Assembly (NCBI GenBank): GCA_964016885.1
Contig: OZ024756.1
Location: 12,834,001 to 12,898,000 of the forward strand
Source: Eledone cirrhosa
Lineage: Eukaryota
DNA: 64,000 nt
Direction of reading: 5' to 3'
The notes beneath the pieces were generated by a model. That model ran no database searches, was not told the origin of the DNA, and saw nothing but the letters and a program-made list of their open reading frames with translations. Below are positions 1-11,112 of the stretch, piece after piece. Position 1 is the first letter of the stretch. Each line of letters begins with the position of its first letter. The position numbers were made by a program, and so were the translations under genes.

Positions 1-429
1 TTCATCCTTACGGGGGTCGATAAAATAAAGTACCAGTAATGCACTGGGTAATTTCTGGTCTTGTGCCAAAAGTAGAAACAATTATTTATTCAAAGTAATC
101 CAACTTATTTTACAAACGGGATAAAAAATATATTCTGGACACTGTCCCGCACTCCTTACTTTATTATAGTTTAGATATAGATAGATATACAAATATTTAC
201 CTTACTAAAAAACTTGAGGCCAGTATTTATAGAGATACCTCAATACATACATTTACCTCACTAAAAAAAAACTTGTGAGGCTAGCATATATACACATCAG
301 TAGCGAAGGTTAACCTGGAAAGCAGGGCATGCAGTCCAATCGCCATGGCGGAAAGTAGGGCTGTGCAGCCTTACCCCACCCCAATTCCTTCTAAATGACC
401 CTCCCGGTCAAAGCCGCATGTAGTGTTAT

Positions 430-503
<74 letters not shown>

Positions 504-691
504 CTTTTTATGTGTCTACGATTTAGTAAGCAGCCAAAATTCTGCTTGCTTCAACCAACGCAATTGATCAACTCAAGATTCTATAACGCATGCACGCACC
601 CTTCGCCCCCGATACACAAATTTAACATATGTACATATATATATAACACATATATACACACATTTAACTCGGTTAAACAGCAAACACTTAC

Positions 692-759
692 CTGCCAGCA
701 AGGTCGACAAGATGGACTTTACTTACAATCTCACTTGGTAAATCATCTTCCAGCCTCGC
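692..759 (-). CDS. STARD9: STARD9-like exon 10 with start of switch II (ARLEDDLPSEIVSKVHLVDLAG-S)
   Basis: SK.HLVDLAGS motif; TTTCAG acceptor, GTAAGT donor, 68 nt; gene continues left of the window. Confidence 0.95.
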
Positions 760-879
760 CTGAAAGAAAATAATAGTTTCTGATTTAGGCCAACAATTTT
801 TTTTGGGGGAAAGGAAATGTCATTACATCGACCCCAGTACGTGACTGCTGCTTTATTTTATAGACCCCAAAAGAATAAA

Positions 880-1470
880 AGGCAAAGTAGTTTGTCTGCT
901 ATCCCACTAGATCTGCATTGCGTACATTTTATAGAATTTATGCCAGTTCCTTTTCTACATATCGAACATGGCCATTTCCCTGATGGAATCAAAGTATTGT
1001 CCTCTCTTCTACTTAACATGTTCACTCTCAGACCTCTTGATTCCAACTGCTGTTTTCATAGCCAGAATTTATTCTCTAGCTCCTCTACTGATTCTACTAT
1101 AAGTACCAGATCGTCAGCATAGAGAAGTCCCCATAGGCAGCCAGTCTTAAACTCCTGTTATGGCTTGGAGGACTATAATGAACAAGAGTCGGCTGAGGAC
1201 TCAACCCTGATGTACTCCTACTTGTATCTGGAATTCCTCACTAAACTCCATTCCTACTCTCACTTTACTGACAGCATCCCTGTACATAGCTTGCACTGTC
1301 CTCACAAGCCATTCCTCTACACGTAGTTTCCTTAGGGACCACCAGATGACAGATCGGGGTACACTATCAAAGGCCTTCTCTAGGTCAACAAAAGCTAAGT
1401 ATAGTGGCGCATTCTTCTCTAAGAACCTCTCTTGTTGTCTCACTAAGAAGAGGGCATCTATTGTACTTTT
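880..1470 (-). mobile_element. RTE-type LINE ORF2 fragment (RT), degenerate
   Basis: STIDALF..RQ..E, AFVDLEKAFD.VPR..IWW, GVHQG, LLYADDLVL, PSGKWPCSIC; interrupted by stops. Confidence 0.9.
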
Positions 1471-1544
1471 CCCTAACCCTAACCTAGTACTTAACACAGT
1501 TGTTTTGACCAATAATTCACATAAACGAATTACTTTATACTATA

Positions 1545-1958
1545 TATAAGGTAACTGAGCCAGAAAAAACATGAAAAATAGGAGCAGATAAATGCAATTA
1601 AAAAAAAATTAAAAAACATGCTGTTACAGATAAATTAAGTACAGTGAAAATCATATATCAAATAATTAGGAAAATTAATAAAAGAAAAAGCATGGATTTC
1701 AAATATAAATTTTAAAAAATATATTTCAAAAAGGTTAGATGCATAGCCAGGGATTACAGAGAGGTGTAAGACTATAAGTTCGACTACATAATTCAGACAT
1801 AATAACAATTTTTTCCAAAACTTCCAAAGGAGTTGCTCTAGTGTGGAGTAAATAAATACAACCATCAAGCTGTCAAAGTCAAAAAAAAATTGAAAAATTG
1901 AAAAATTGCATTTATCTGCTCCTAATTTTCATGTTTTTTTCTGCCTCAGTTACCTTAT
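1545..1958. mobile_element. MITE-like element with ~55-bp terminal inverted repeats
   Basis: TAAGGTAACTGAG.CAGAAAAAAACATGAAAA..AGGAGCAGATAAATGCAATT is mirrored at ~1905-1958; TA-rich flanks. Confidence 0.75.
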
Positions 1959-2060
1959 ATAAATTTTGATGCTTACACTTATCTAACCTCCCATATTATG
2001 TATCCTCATAATGCTCTTGTGACAAAGGTTTGATCTTATATCTGTGTTTGATTTTTCTTA

Positions 2061-2110
2061 TCAACTCTGATGAATCCGGCCTTGTGCAAAGATGAAACAA
2101 TTGTCAGTGA
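2061..2110 (+). ncRNA. Minimal type-I hammerhead ribozyme motif (Penelope-type)
   Basis: tcaact-CTGATGA-atc...gat-GAAAC-AATT-GTC-agtga; palindromic ACAATTGT stem/loop III; degenerate relative at ~8217-8260. Confidence 0.6.
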
Positions 2111-2661
2111 TTAAATGTTTGAAAGTTTAAACATTCTTTGATTGCCTTTTACATTGTATTTTGGCACTGTACTATGCTTGTTATTTTACATCGAGCTATT
2201 TTGATACTTGTAACTAGGTAATATTTATTATTACCCACCATATATATATAGTTATACTTATATATATGTGTACATATAATTATTATTCAGTTGATGAAAG
2301 TTGGTTGATCAAATAAGCTACCAACAGACGTAAAGCACTTGATGATTTGTATTCCTTAGGATTTTCTCTGTACAGTATCAACCGAAGTTTTAATATAATA
2401 AAGAGAGAGCGTTTTAGTCATACATCTTCATTTTATTACATAATTCCATTATACGAGATCTTTGGCGTTACACAGTAATACAGAAGACCCACCTTGCCTA
2501 TGTACATAGCGAAACCTACAGTCAGTAGGCACCTCTTAACCAAATATACACCCCAACCCACTACCCCTACTCCCACCCCCATCAACACCACCCCTCTCTC
2601 TGTAAAGTTATGTTGGTACCACAACATCCAGTCCTAAATAAATGAGGTCGTGTAGGTGTCA

Positions 2662-2689
<28 letters not shown>

Positions 2690-2696
<7 letters not shown>

Positions 2697-2910
2697 AGTC
2701 CACGCTGTAATGTGGCCGTGTAGGTAACACGGTAAAAACCTCCCAGTCCACACTGTAAACGTGGTTGGTGTTAGGAAGGGCATCCAGCCGTAGAAAACCT
2801 GCCAGATAGTCCTATACGAGCGAGACAGTCTCCCGACCAATCTTGCCTCAAGTGGGACAATTCCCATCTAAACCCATGCTAGCGTGGAAGATAGATGTTA
2901 AACGATGATG
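2690..2910 (+). mobile_element. SINE 3' part (family also at ~3400-3545, 8395-8610, 41180-41390, 50900-51055, 56060-56400, 60300-60570)
   Basis: Shared core GGTGTTAGGAAGGGCATCCAGC.GTAGAAA...CCCATGCTAGCGTGGAA..GACGTTAAA + (ATG)n tail. Confidence 0.8.
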
Positions 2911-3169
2911 ATATATATATATAATGGAATTATGTAATAAAATGAAGATGTACGAATAATACCATCTCTCTTATTTATTTATGTATTATTACTCACACGA
3001 ATGTGATGGTGATTATATTCAGCAACAACAGCTAATCTTTTTTTAACAATAATTCTTTACAGCACCATTTATCACAACAGTTAGATAAGTATACAGCAGA
3101 TAGCTGAGGTGTATAGCATTATACATACTTGTGTAGGTTATACATATATATATATATACAAATATATAC

Positions 3170-3420
3170 ACACTGTAAAGTGGTCATGTAGGTGTCATAA
3201 CAAAAAGCACCCAGCACACACTGTAAAGTGGTTGTGTAGGCATCATGACAAAAAGCACCACTGTAAGGTGGTCATGTAAGTGTCATGACAAAAAGCACCC
3301 AGCACACACTGTAAAGTGGTTGTGTAGGCATCATGACAAAAAGCACCCAGTCAACACAGTAAAGTGGTCATGTAGGTGTCACAACAAAAAAGCACCCAGC
3401 ACACAGGGTAAATGTGGTTG
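3170..3420 (+). repeat. Degenerate ~46-bp tandem repeat from a SINE-internal segment
   Basis: Repeated CACACTGTAAAGTGGT..TGTAGG..TCATGACAAAAAGCACCCAG running into the SINE core. Confidence 0.7.
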
Positions 3421-3567
3421 GCATTAGGAAAGACATCGGGCCATAGAAACCAAGCAAGAAACAAGTCACCTGACCCAATTTGCCTCGAATGGGATAACCC
3501 GCCTAACCCATGCTAGCGTGGATAATGGACATTAAACAATGATGATGATATATATATATATACATAC

Positions 3568-3640
3568 CTGTGTGAATGTGACAGTAACAATAGCATGACT
3601 TCGACTGCTGTGCTGATGCATGTAGGTAGATGATGTGGTT
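3568..3640 (-). CDS. STARD9: STARD9-like exon 9 with switch I (R-TTSSTYMHQHSSRSHAIVTVTFTQ)
   Basis: SSRSH switch I preceded by H rather than N, as I recall for STARD9; TTCTAG acceptor, GTATGT donor, 73 nt. Confidence 0.94.
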
Positions 3641-3898
3641 CTAGAAAATAGGAGAATGGTTTGTTAACTGGAAATTTTAGAGAGAGTTTGTGGGACATGA
3701 GAATGTGGACAGGGAGGGGTGGGTGATAGGGGAGTATGTGACAAAGGGGGCAGGGGGGAGATAAGAATATGAAACAAGTAGGAGATGAAATTATGGGGCA
3801 GTGTCTGTAGGAATGTAAAATGAACTGAACATCAACAAGAGTGAGGGATGGAACAGCTGAGGCTCACACGTAGATGATGTCTAAGGATTAAGTGGGGT

Positions 3899-4114
3899 TT
3901 AATCTTTTAGCATTTACATTACTCTATATTTTCTATTGCATATTTGTGGTAAAGACTTTATCTCACATAATATCAAATCTATGAGATTTTGATATTATTT
4001 ATTTTGAGAACAATACCTTAATGTCAGTATGAGTAACCAGTTATAGCCAATTTAAACAGAAAGAGGTGAGAGAATTCTGGCCTGATATGGCCGGTTTAAA
4101 TGCCAAAGGGTTAA
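3899..4114 (+). mobile_element. TTAA-flanked piggyBac-like MITE ~210 bp (other copies 30883-31052, 51562-51775 inverted, 52327-52519, 53011-53220)
   Basis: TTAA-CCCTTTAGCATTTA...TAAATGCTAAAGGG-TTAA consensus termini; shared internal sequence across copies. Confidence 0.85.
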
Positions 4115-4161
4115 ACAACAATTATAACTAAGAGATAATTTAAGAATACATGAAAACTCAC

Positions 4162-4231
4162 CGATTTTCATTAGCTTTCTCAATCACAGCCTGGATTTGT
4201 TGGTTGTCTTTGATGATATGACGAGATAAAT
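4162..4231 (-). CDS. STARD9: STARD9-like exon 8 (D-LSRHIIKDNQQIQAVIEKANEN-R)
   Basis: CTTTAG acceptor, GTGAGT donor, 70 nt, phases match both neighbours. Confidence 0.9.
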
Positions 4232-4338
4232 CTAAAGCAGAAGATCAATATTGATAAGTCTTGGCCAGAAACAATAAAATACATCGCAAAATTATATATA
4301 TATTTTTTCTTTTTTTGCACAAGCCTGAAGTCTTATCA

Positions 4339-7300
4339 GACCAGTGTACTTATCCCAGTTGACATTAAGGAACCAGTACTTATCCCAGTTGACGTTAAGG
4401 AACCACTGCTTATCCCAGTTGACATTAAGGGACCAGTACTTATCCCAGTCGACATTAAGGGACCAGTACTTATCCCAGTTGACGTTAAGGAACCACTGCT
4501 TATCCCAGTTGACATTAAGGGACCACTGCTTATCCCAGTTGACGTTAAGGAACCAGTACTTATCCCAGTTGACATTAAGGGACCAGTACTTATCCCAGTT
4601 GACGTTAAGGGACCACTGCTTATCCCAGTCGACATTAAGGGACCAGTACTTATCCCAGTCGACATTAAGGGACCAGTACTTATCCCAGTCGACATTAAGG
4701 GACCAGTACTTATCCCAGTTGACGTTAAGGGACCAGTACTTATCCCAGTTGACGTTAAGGGACCAGTACTTATCCCAGTTGACATTAAGGGACCAGTGCT
4801 TATCCCAGTTGACATTAAGGGACCACTGCTTATCCCAGTTGACATTAAGGGACCACTGCTTATCCCAGTTGACATTAAGGAACCAGTGCTTATCCCAGTC
4901 GACATTAAGGGACCAGTACTTATCCCAGTCGACATTAAGGGACCAGTACTTATCCCAGTCGACATTAAGGGACCAGTACTTATCCCAGTTGACATTAAGG
5001 GACCACTGCTTATCCCAGTTGACATTAAGGAACCAGTACTTATCCCAGTCGACATTAAGGGACCACTGCTTATCCCAGTTGACATTAAGGAACTAGTGCT
5101 TATCCCAGTTGACATTAAGGGACCACTGCTTATCCCAGTTGACATTAAGGGACCACTGCTTATCCCAGTTGACATTAAGGGACCACTGCTTATCCCAGTT
5201 GACATTAAGGGACCACTGCTTATCCCAGTTGACATTAAGGGACCACTGCTTATCCCAGTTGACATTAAGGGACCACTGCTTATCCCAGTTGACATTAAGG
5301 GACCACTGCTTATCCAAGTTGACATTAAGGAACCAGTACTTATCCCAGTCGACATTAAGGGACCACTGCTTATCCCAGTTGACATTAAGGGACCACTGCT
5401 TATCCCAGTTGACATTAAGCGACCACTGCTTATCCCAGTTGACATTAAGGGACCACTGCTTATCCCAGTTGACATTAAGGAACCAGTACTTATCCCAGTC
5501 GACATTAAGGGACCACTGCTTATCCCAGTCGACATTAAGCGACCACTGCTTATCCCAGTTGACATTAAGGGACCACTGCTTATCCCAGTTGACATTAAGG
5601 GACCACTGCTTATCCCAGTTGACATTAAGGGACCACTGCTTATCCCAGTTGACATTAAGGGACCAGTACTTATCCCAGTTGACATTAAGGAACCAGTGCT
5701 TATCCCAGTTGACATTAAGGGACCAGTACTTATCCCAGTTGACATTAAGGGACCAGTACTTATCCCAGTTGACATTAAGGGACCAGTACTTATCCCAGTT
5801 GACATTAAGGGACCAGTACTTATCCCAGTTGACATTAAGGGACCAGTACTTATCCCAGTTGACATTAAGGGACCAGTACTTATCCCAGTTGACATTAAGG
5901 AACCAGTGCTTATCCCAGTTGACATTAAGGGACCACTGCTTATCCCAGTTGACATTAAGGGACCACTGCTTATCTCAGTTGACATTAAGGGACCACTGCT
6001 TATCCCAGTTGACATTAAGGGACCACTGCTTATCCCAGTTGACATTAAGGGACCACTGCTTATCCCAGTTGACATTAAGCGACCAGTGTACTTATCCCAG
6101 TTGACATTAAGGAACCACTGCTTATCCCAGTTGACATTAAGGGACCAGTACTTATCCCAGTTGACATTAAGGGACCAGTACTTATCCCAGTTGACATTAA
6201 GGGACCAGTACTTATCCCAGTTGACATTAAGGGACCACTGCTTATCCCAGTTGACATTAAGGAACCAGTGCTTATCCCAGTTGACATTAAGGAACCAGTG
6301 CTTATCCCAGTTGACATTAAGGGACCAGTACTTATCCCAGTTGACATTAAGGAACCAGTGCTTATCCCAGTTGACATTAAGGGACCAGTACTTATCCCAG
6401 TCGACATTAAGGGACCAGTACTTATCCGAGTTGACATTAAGGGACCAGTACTTATCCCAGTCGACATTAAGGGACCAGTACTTATCCCAGTTGACATTAA
6501 GGAACCAGTGCTTATCCCAGTTGACATTAAGGAACCAGTGCTTATCCCAGTTGACATTAAGGGACCACTGCTTATCCCAGTTGACATTAAGGGACCACTG
6601 CTTATCCCAGTTGACATTAAGGGACCACTGCTTATCCCAGTTGACATTAAGGGACCACTGCTTATCCCAGTTGACATTAAGGGACCACTGCTTATCCCAG
6701 TTGACATTAAGGGACCACTGCTTATCCAAGTTGACATTAAGGAACCAGTACTTATCCCAGTCGACATTAAGGGACCACTGCTTATCCCAGTTGACATTAA
6801 GGGACCACTGCTTATCCCAGTTGACATTAAGCGACCACTGCTTATCCCAGTTGACATTAAGGGACCACTGCTTATCCCAGTTGACATTAAGGAACCAGTA
6901 CTTATCCCAGTCGACATTAAGGGACCACTGCTTATCCCAGTCGACATTAAGCGACCACTGCTTATCCCAGTTGACATTAAGGGACCACTGCTTATCCCAG
7001 TTGACATTAAGGGACCACTGCTTATCCCAGTTGACATTAAGGGACCACTGCTTATCCCAGTTGACATTAAGGGACCAGTACTTATCCCAGTTGACATTAA
7101 GGAACCAGTGCTTATCCCAGTTGACATTAAGGGACCAGTACTTATCCCAGTTGACATTAAGGGACCAGTACTTATCCCAGTTGACATTAAGGGACCAGTA
7201 CTTATCCCAGTTGACATTAAGGGACCAGTACTTATCCCAGTTGACATTAAGGGACCAGTACTTATCCCAGTTGACATTAAGGGACCAGTACTTATCCCAG

Positions 7301-8085
7301 TTGACATTAAGGGACCAGTACTTATCCCAGTTGACATTAAGGAACCAGTGCTTATCCCAGTTGACATTAAGGGACCACTGCTTATCCCAGTTGACATTAA
7401 GGGACCACTGCTTATCCCAGTTGACATTAAGGGACCACTGCTTATCTCAGTTGACATTAAGGGACCACTGCTTATCCCAGTTGACATTAAGGGACCACTG
7501 CTTATCCCAGTTGACATTAAGGGACCACTGCTTATCCCAGTTGACATTAAGCGACCAGTGTACTTATCCCAGTTGACATTAAGGAACCACTGCTTATCCC
7601 AGTTGACATTAAGGGACCAGTACTTATCCCAGTTGACATTAAGGGACCAGTACTTATCCCAGTTGACATTAAGGGACCAGTACTTATCCCAGTTGACATT
7701 AAGGGACCACTGCTTATCCCAGTTGACATTAAGGAACCAGTGCTTATCCCAGTTGACATTAAGGAACCAGTGCTTATCCCAGTTGACATTAAGGGACCAG
7801 TACTTATCCCAGTTGACATTAAGGAACCAGTGCTTATCCCAGTTGACATTAAGGGACCAGTACTTATCCCAGTCGACATTAAGGGACCAGTACTTATCCC
7901 AGTTGACATTAAGGGACCAGTACTTATCCCAGTCGACATTAAGGGACCAGTACTTATCCCAGTTGACATTAAGGAACCAGTGCTTATCCCAGTTGACATT
8001 AAGGAACCAGTGCTTATCACAGTTGACATTAAGGAACCAGTGCTTATCACAGTTGACATTAAGGAACCAGTGCTTATCCCAGTTA
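4339..8085. repeat. 30-bp minisatellite, ~125 copies, in intron 7
   Basis: Unit GACCASTRCTTATCCCAGTYGACRTTAAGG; source of the long LIPVDIKGP / MSTGISSGP ORFs. Confidence 0.98.
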
Positions 8086-8629
8086 ACAGGGGCTGAAAAT
8101 ACACGACTCCCCCCTCAACAGGATGACAATCCATCATAAAGTTAAATCTTAACCTTTAGAATTAAGCAGAATTTCTTTAGCTAGTGCTAACTAATAGCAA
8201 GTTGTTAAATAATCTGCTGATGGTGTTATATTACTGTGGGAAGATACAATTGTCAGTGATTAAATGTCTTGAACTTTTAGTCTTCGTTTATAAGCAAATT
8301 GTAACTATATACAGGCTCTGTCTGATCCTATCATTATAATTACTATTATATATACACACATACATACATATATATGTGTGTGTGTCATCATCATCATCAA
8401 CGTTTAACGTCCGTGTTCCACGCTTGCATGGGTTTGGACGGGGGTTTTCCCACTTGAGGCAAGAGTGATTGTCTTGCTCGCATAGGACTGTCTGGCGGGT
8501 TTTCTACAGCTGGATGCCCTTCCTAACACCAACCACATTTACAGTGTGGGGCTGGGAGGTTTTTACCGTGTTGCCTACACGGCCACATTACAGCGTGGAC
8601 TGTCTGGCTGTGTATATATATATGTATGC

Positions 8630-8750
8630 ACGTGGCTGAGTGGTTAGAGAATTGGATTCACAATCGTGAGGTTGTGAGTTTGATTCCCGGACCGAGAGCA
8701 ATGCGTTATGTCCTTGAGCAAGACACTTTATTTCATGTTGCTCCTTCTAC
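8630..8750 (+). mobile_element. tRNA-derived SINE head (also ~24670-24780)
   Basis: A-box TGGCTGAGTGG, B-box-like GTTTGATTCC, then CTTGAGCAAGACACTTTATTTCA. Confidence 0.7.
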
Positions 8751-8789
8751 CTGGATTTGCGACCGATAGATAGTATCAGCAGACCAATC

Positions 8790-8973
8790 TGGATGAAGTA
8801 AAAATCTGTTAGACCATTACTCACGAGAGTACTCAATACTTGGAGTAGTAGAGTGGGTAATATGAAGGATTCGGGATTCCGACGGCTGAGTTCCTGCCAT
8901 TTCAAAAGCTATATCTGAACTTCAGATCTAGCTGTTGAAACAACAGGAGCTCAGCCATCGGGGTCCTGAATCC

Positions 8974-8978
<5 letters not shown>
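8790..8978 (+). mobile_element. Interspersed repeat with terminal hairpin (copies ~16725-16897, 16910-17080, 57960-58130, 60020-60120 inverted, 61240-61350)
   Basis: Shared GACCAT.AC.CACCAGAGTACTCAATACTTGGGGTAGTAGAGTGGGTAAT followed by a palindrome of variable length. Confidence 0.75.
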
Positions 8979-9014
<36 letters not shown>

Positions 9015-9074
9015 TGACTGCCAACTCGTTTTCGAGTACGGCCACTACTTTATATCCATGTAGGAGAACCCCTA

Positions 9075-9260
9075 CCGATGCGCTGAACGAGTGTGACTTT
9101 TTAGTCCAGCCAGCGACTTGAAAACTCTGGTACAAACACTACACTTGTGACAATTATTGACACAGGCCCATGGTACCATGTGACGACAAGGGCAGAGAGA
9201 TCTCCAGATATAAAGCAATGCCTGTGCCGTGAAGCTTTTATAGTGAGCAAAGGCACTGCA
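9075..9260 (-). mobile_element. RTE-type LINE 3' end fragment with C2H2-like knuckle
   Basis: CSVCTRVFKSLAGLKSHTRSAH* resembles the C-terminus of RTE-clade ORF2. Confidence 0.55.
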
Positions 9261-9611
9261 CAAAGCCAGTCCCACTCTCTTAACCAAGATGCTATTTACC
9301 AAAAAGAAGAACAAGTCAACATCATTGGATACCATCAGAGTTGCAGGTGTTATATCAGAGTTTTCCTTCTCCTAGAATTCTGCCTTGACAAAGGCTAAGG
9401 GGTCATCTCTCCCGGTGATTTTGGATGGCCATTGACTCTTAAGAGCTCCTTTGCCCTTTGACTGGTTTTGTTTTTAGTCCTGCAGGATGTCCAAAGTCAC
9501 CCTCCTCACCAAAAAAAACCTTGGTGGGGTTGTCAGTTTAGTCGCCAATGACCTGACCATGAGACAGGTTGTACTGGGATACATGTTACCAGTAGCACCA
9601 ACTGGTGACCT

Positions 9612-9649
<38 letters not shown>

Positions 9650-9717
9650 CATACATACATACCACACACAATAGAAGTATATTCAATATATATTTGTATT
9701 ATTAAATATTTAAGTAC

Positions 9718-9836
9718 CTTGAACATAAGGACCATCTTTAGGGTGTTCTCGAACCTTTAGGGTATATTTCTCAGACTGTTTTGCCAATGGAGTCTGAAGC
9801 AAGTCTCTCACCCTCTCGTTGTAGATCTCCAGATAA
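9718..9836 (-). CDS. STARD9: STARD9-like exon 7 (S-YLEIYNERVRDLLQTPLAKQSEKYTLKVREHPKDGPYVQ)
   Basis: SYLEIYNE.VRDLL and kinesin-3 L.VREHP..GPYV motifs; ATAG acceptor, GTACTT donor, 119 nt. Confidence 0.96.
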
Positions 9837-10265
9837 CTATAACAGATATATAGACATATTTTGGGTGAAAGACTGATCAAAGAAAGGGGTTTAATTCTGT
9901 ATGAGATAATGGAGATTATAGTAAGGTGATGAGAGAGATAGAAAAGAGAGGCAGGATGGTAGGAAAAGAAGTTAAAAAAATAACAAAGAAGCAAAAGACG
10001 GAAAAATAATTGAACCTCTGCTGGGGTGGAAAGTTCTGGGTCCCTGTACCCATTGAACCTGCTGTGGTGGAAAGTTCTGGCATTCTGGGTCCCTGTACCC
10101 TCCCTATACACTGCAATAATGGGGCCAGATCTGGTCACGGTCCCTCTACTCTCCCTATACACTACAGTTAGGGGTAGATCTGGTGACCTGCAAGAGTTGG
10201 AATGTCAATTTCAATATATCTCCATTGTTATTCTCTAAAAGAAACACTTTCACCATTCTGTCTCC

Positions 10266-10792
10266 TGGGGTTTTACCACGGTGTTTTCCCCACACTGTCT
10301 GCACTCATATCATTGGAGTAGAGACCACAAAGTGACCCATGGTGGGGGTTTTACCATGGTGTTCTCCCCACACTGTCTGCACTCATATCATTGGGGTAGA
10401 GACCACAAAGTGACCCATGGTGGGGTTTTACCACGGTGTTTTCCCCACACTGTCTGCACTCATATCATTGGAGTAGAGACCACAAAGTGACCCATGGTGG
10501 GGGTTTTACCATGGTGTTCTCCCCACACTGTCTGCACTCATATCATTGGGGTAGAGACCACAAAGTGACCCATGGTGGGGTTTTACCACGGTGTTCTCCC
10601 CACACTGTCTGCACTCATATCATTGGGGTAGCGACCAGAAGGTGACCCATAGTGGGGGTTTTACCACGGTGTTCTCCCCACACTGTCTGCACTCATATCA
10701 TTGGGGTAGGGGACCACAAGGTGACCCATGGTGGGGGTTTTTCCACGGTGTTCTCCCCCACACTGTCTACACTCATATCATTGGGGTAGAGA
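10266..10792. repeat. 77/78-bp minisatellite, ~7 copies with 155-bp dimer periodicity
   Basis: Unit GGGGTTTTACCAYGGTGTTYTCCCCACACTGTCTGCACTCATATCATTGGRGTAGAGACCACAAAGTGACCCATGGT. Confidence 0.95.
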
Positions 10793-11031
10793 TGATTGAG
10801 TATATATTTCATATATTTAACCTTCTGGATGCTACAGGCGCACTATGTTACTGTTAGAGTAATATCCCCTTAATTCAGTGTCAAGGGGAATACTTAGCGT
10901 GCCGAAGATTAAACTGTTATTTTATGAAGGTCGTGAAAAAAAAAAACAGATGGAAGAGGAAAAAGGCAAGAAAAAAGAAATAAACATAAGAAAAGAAGTA
11001 AAAAAGATGAAAGCAAGAAAAATGTGCTTAC

Positions 11032-11093
11032 CTGATGTCAACTTTGAATGTAAAATTGTCATCAATGAAGTCATCAACCCGACTAAAGAGAGC
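11032..11093 (-). CDS. STARD9: STARD9-like exon 6 (ALFSRVDDFIDDNFTFKVDI-S)
   Basis: TTTTAG acceptor, GTAAGC donor, 62 nt; phase links exon 5 to SYLEIYNE. Confidence 0.9.
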
Positions 11094-11112
11094 CTAAAAT
11101 AAAGACAGATTA

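Noticed and set aside
4336-8139. Long repeat ORFs, and a CRISPR-like look from 30-bp repeats
   Set aside because: Contiguous units with no spacers, no cas genes and a eukaryotic intron context; frames switch at 2-bp insertions
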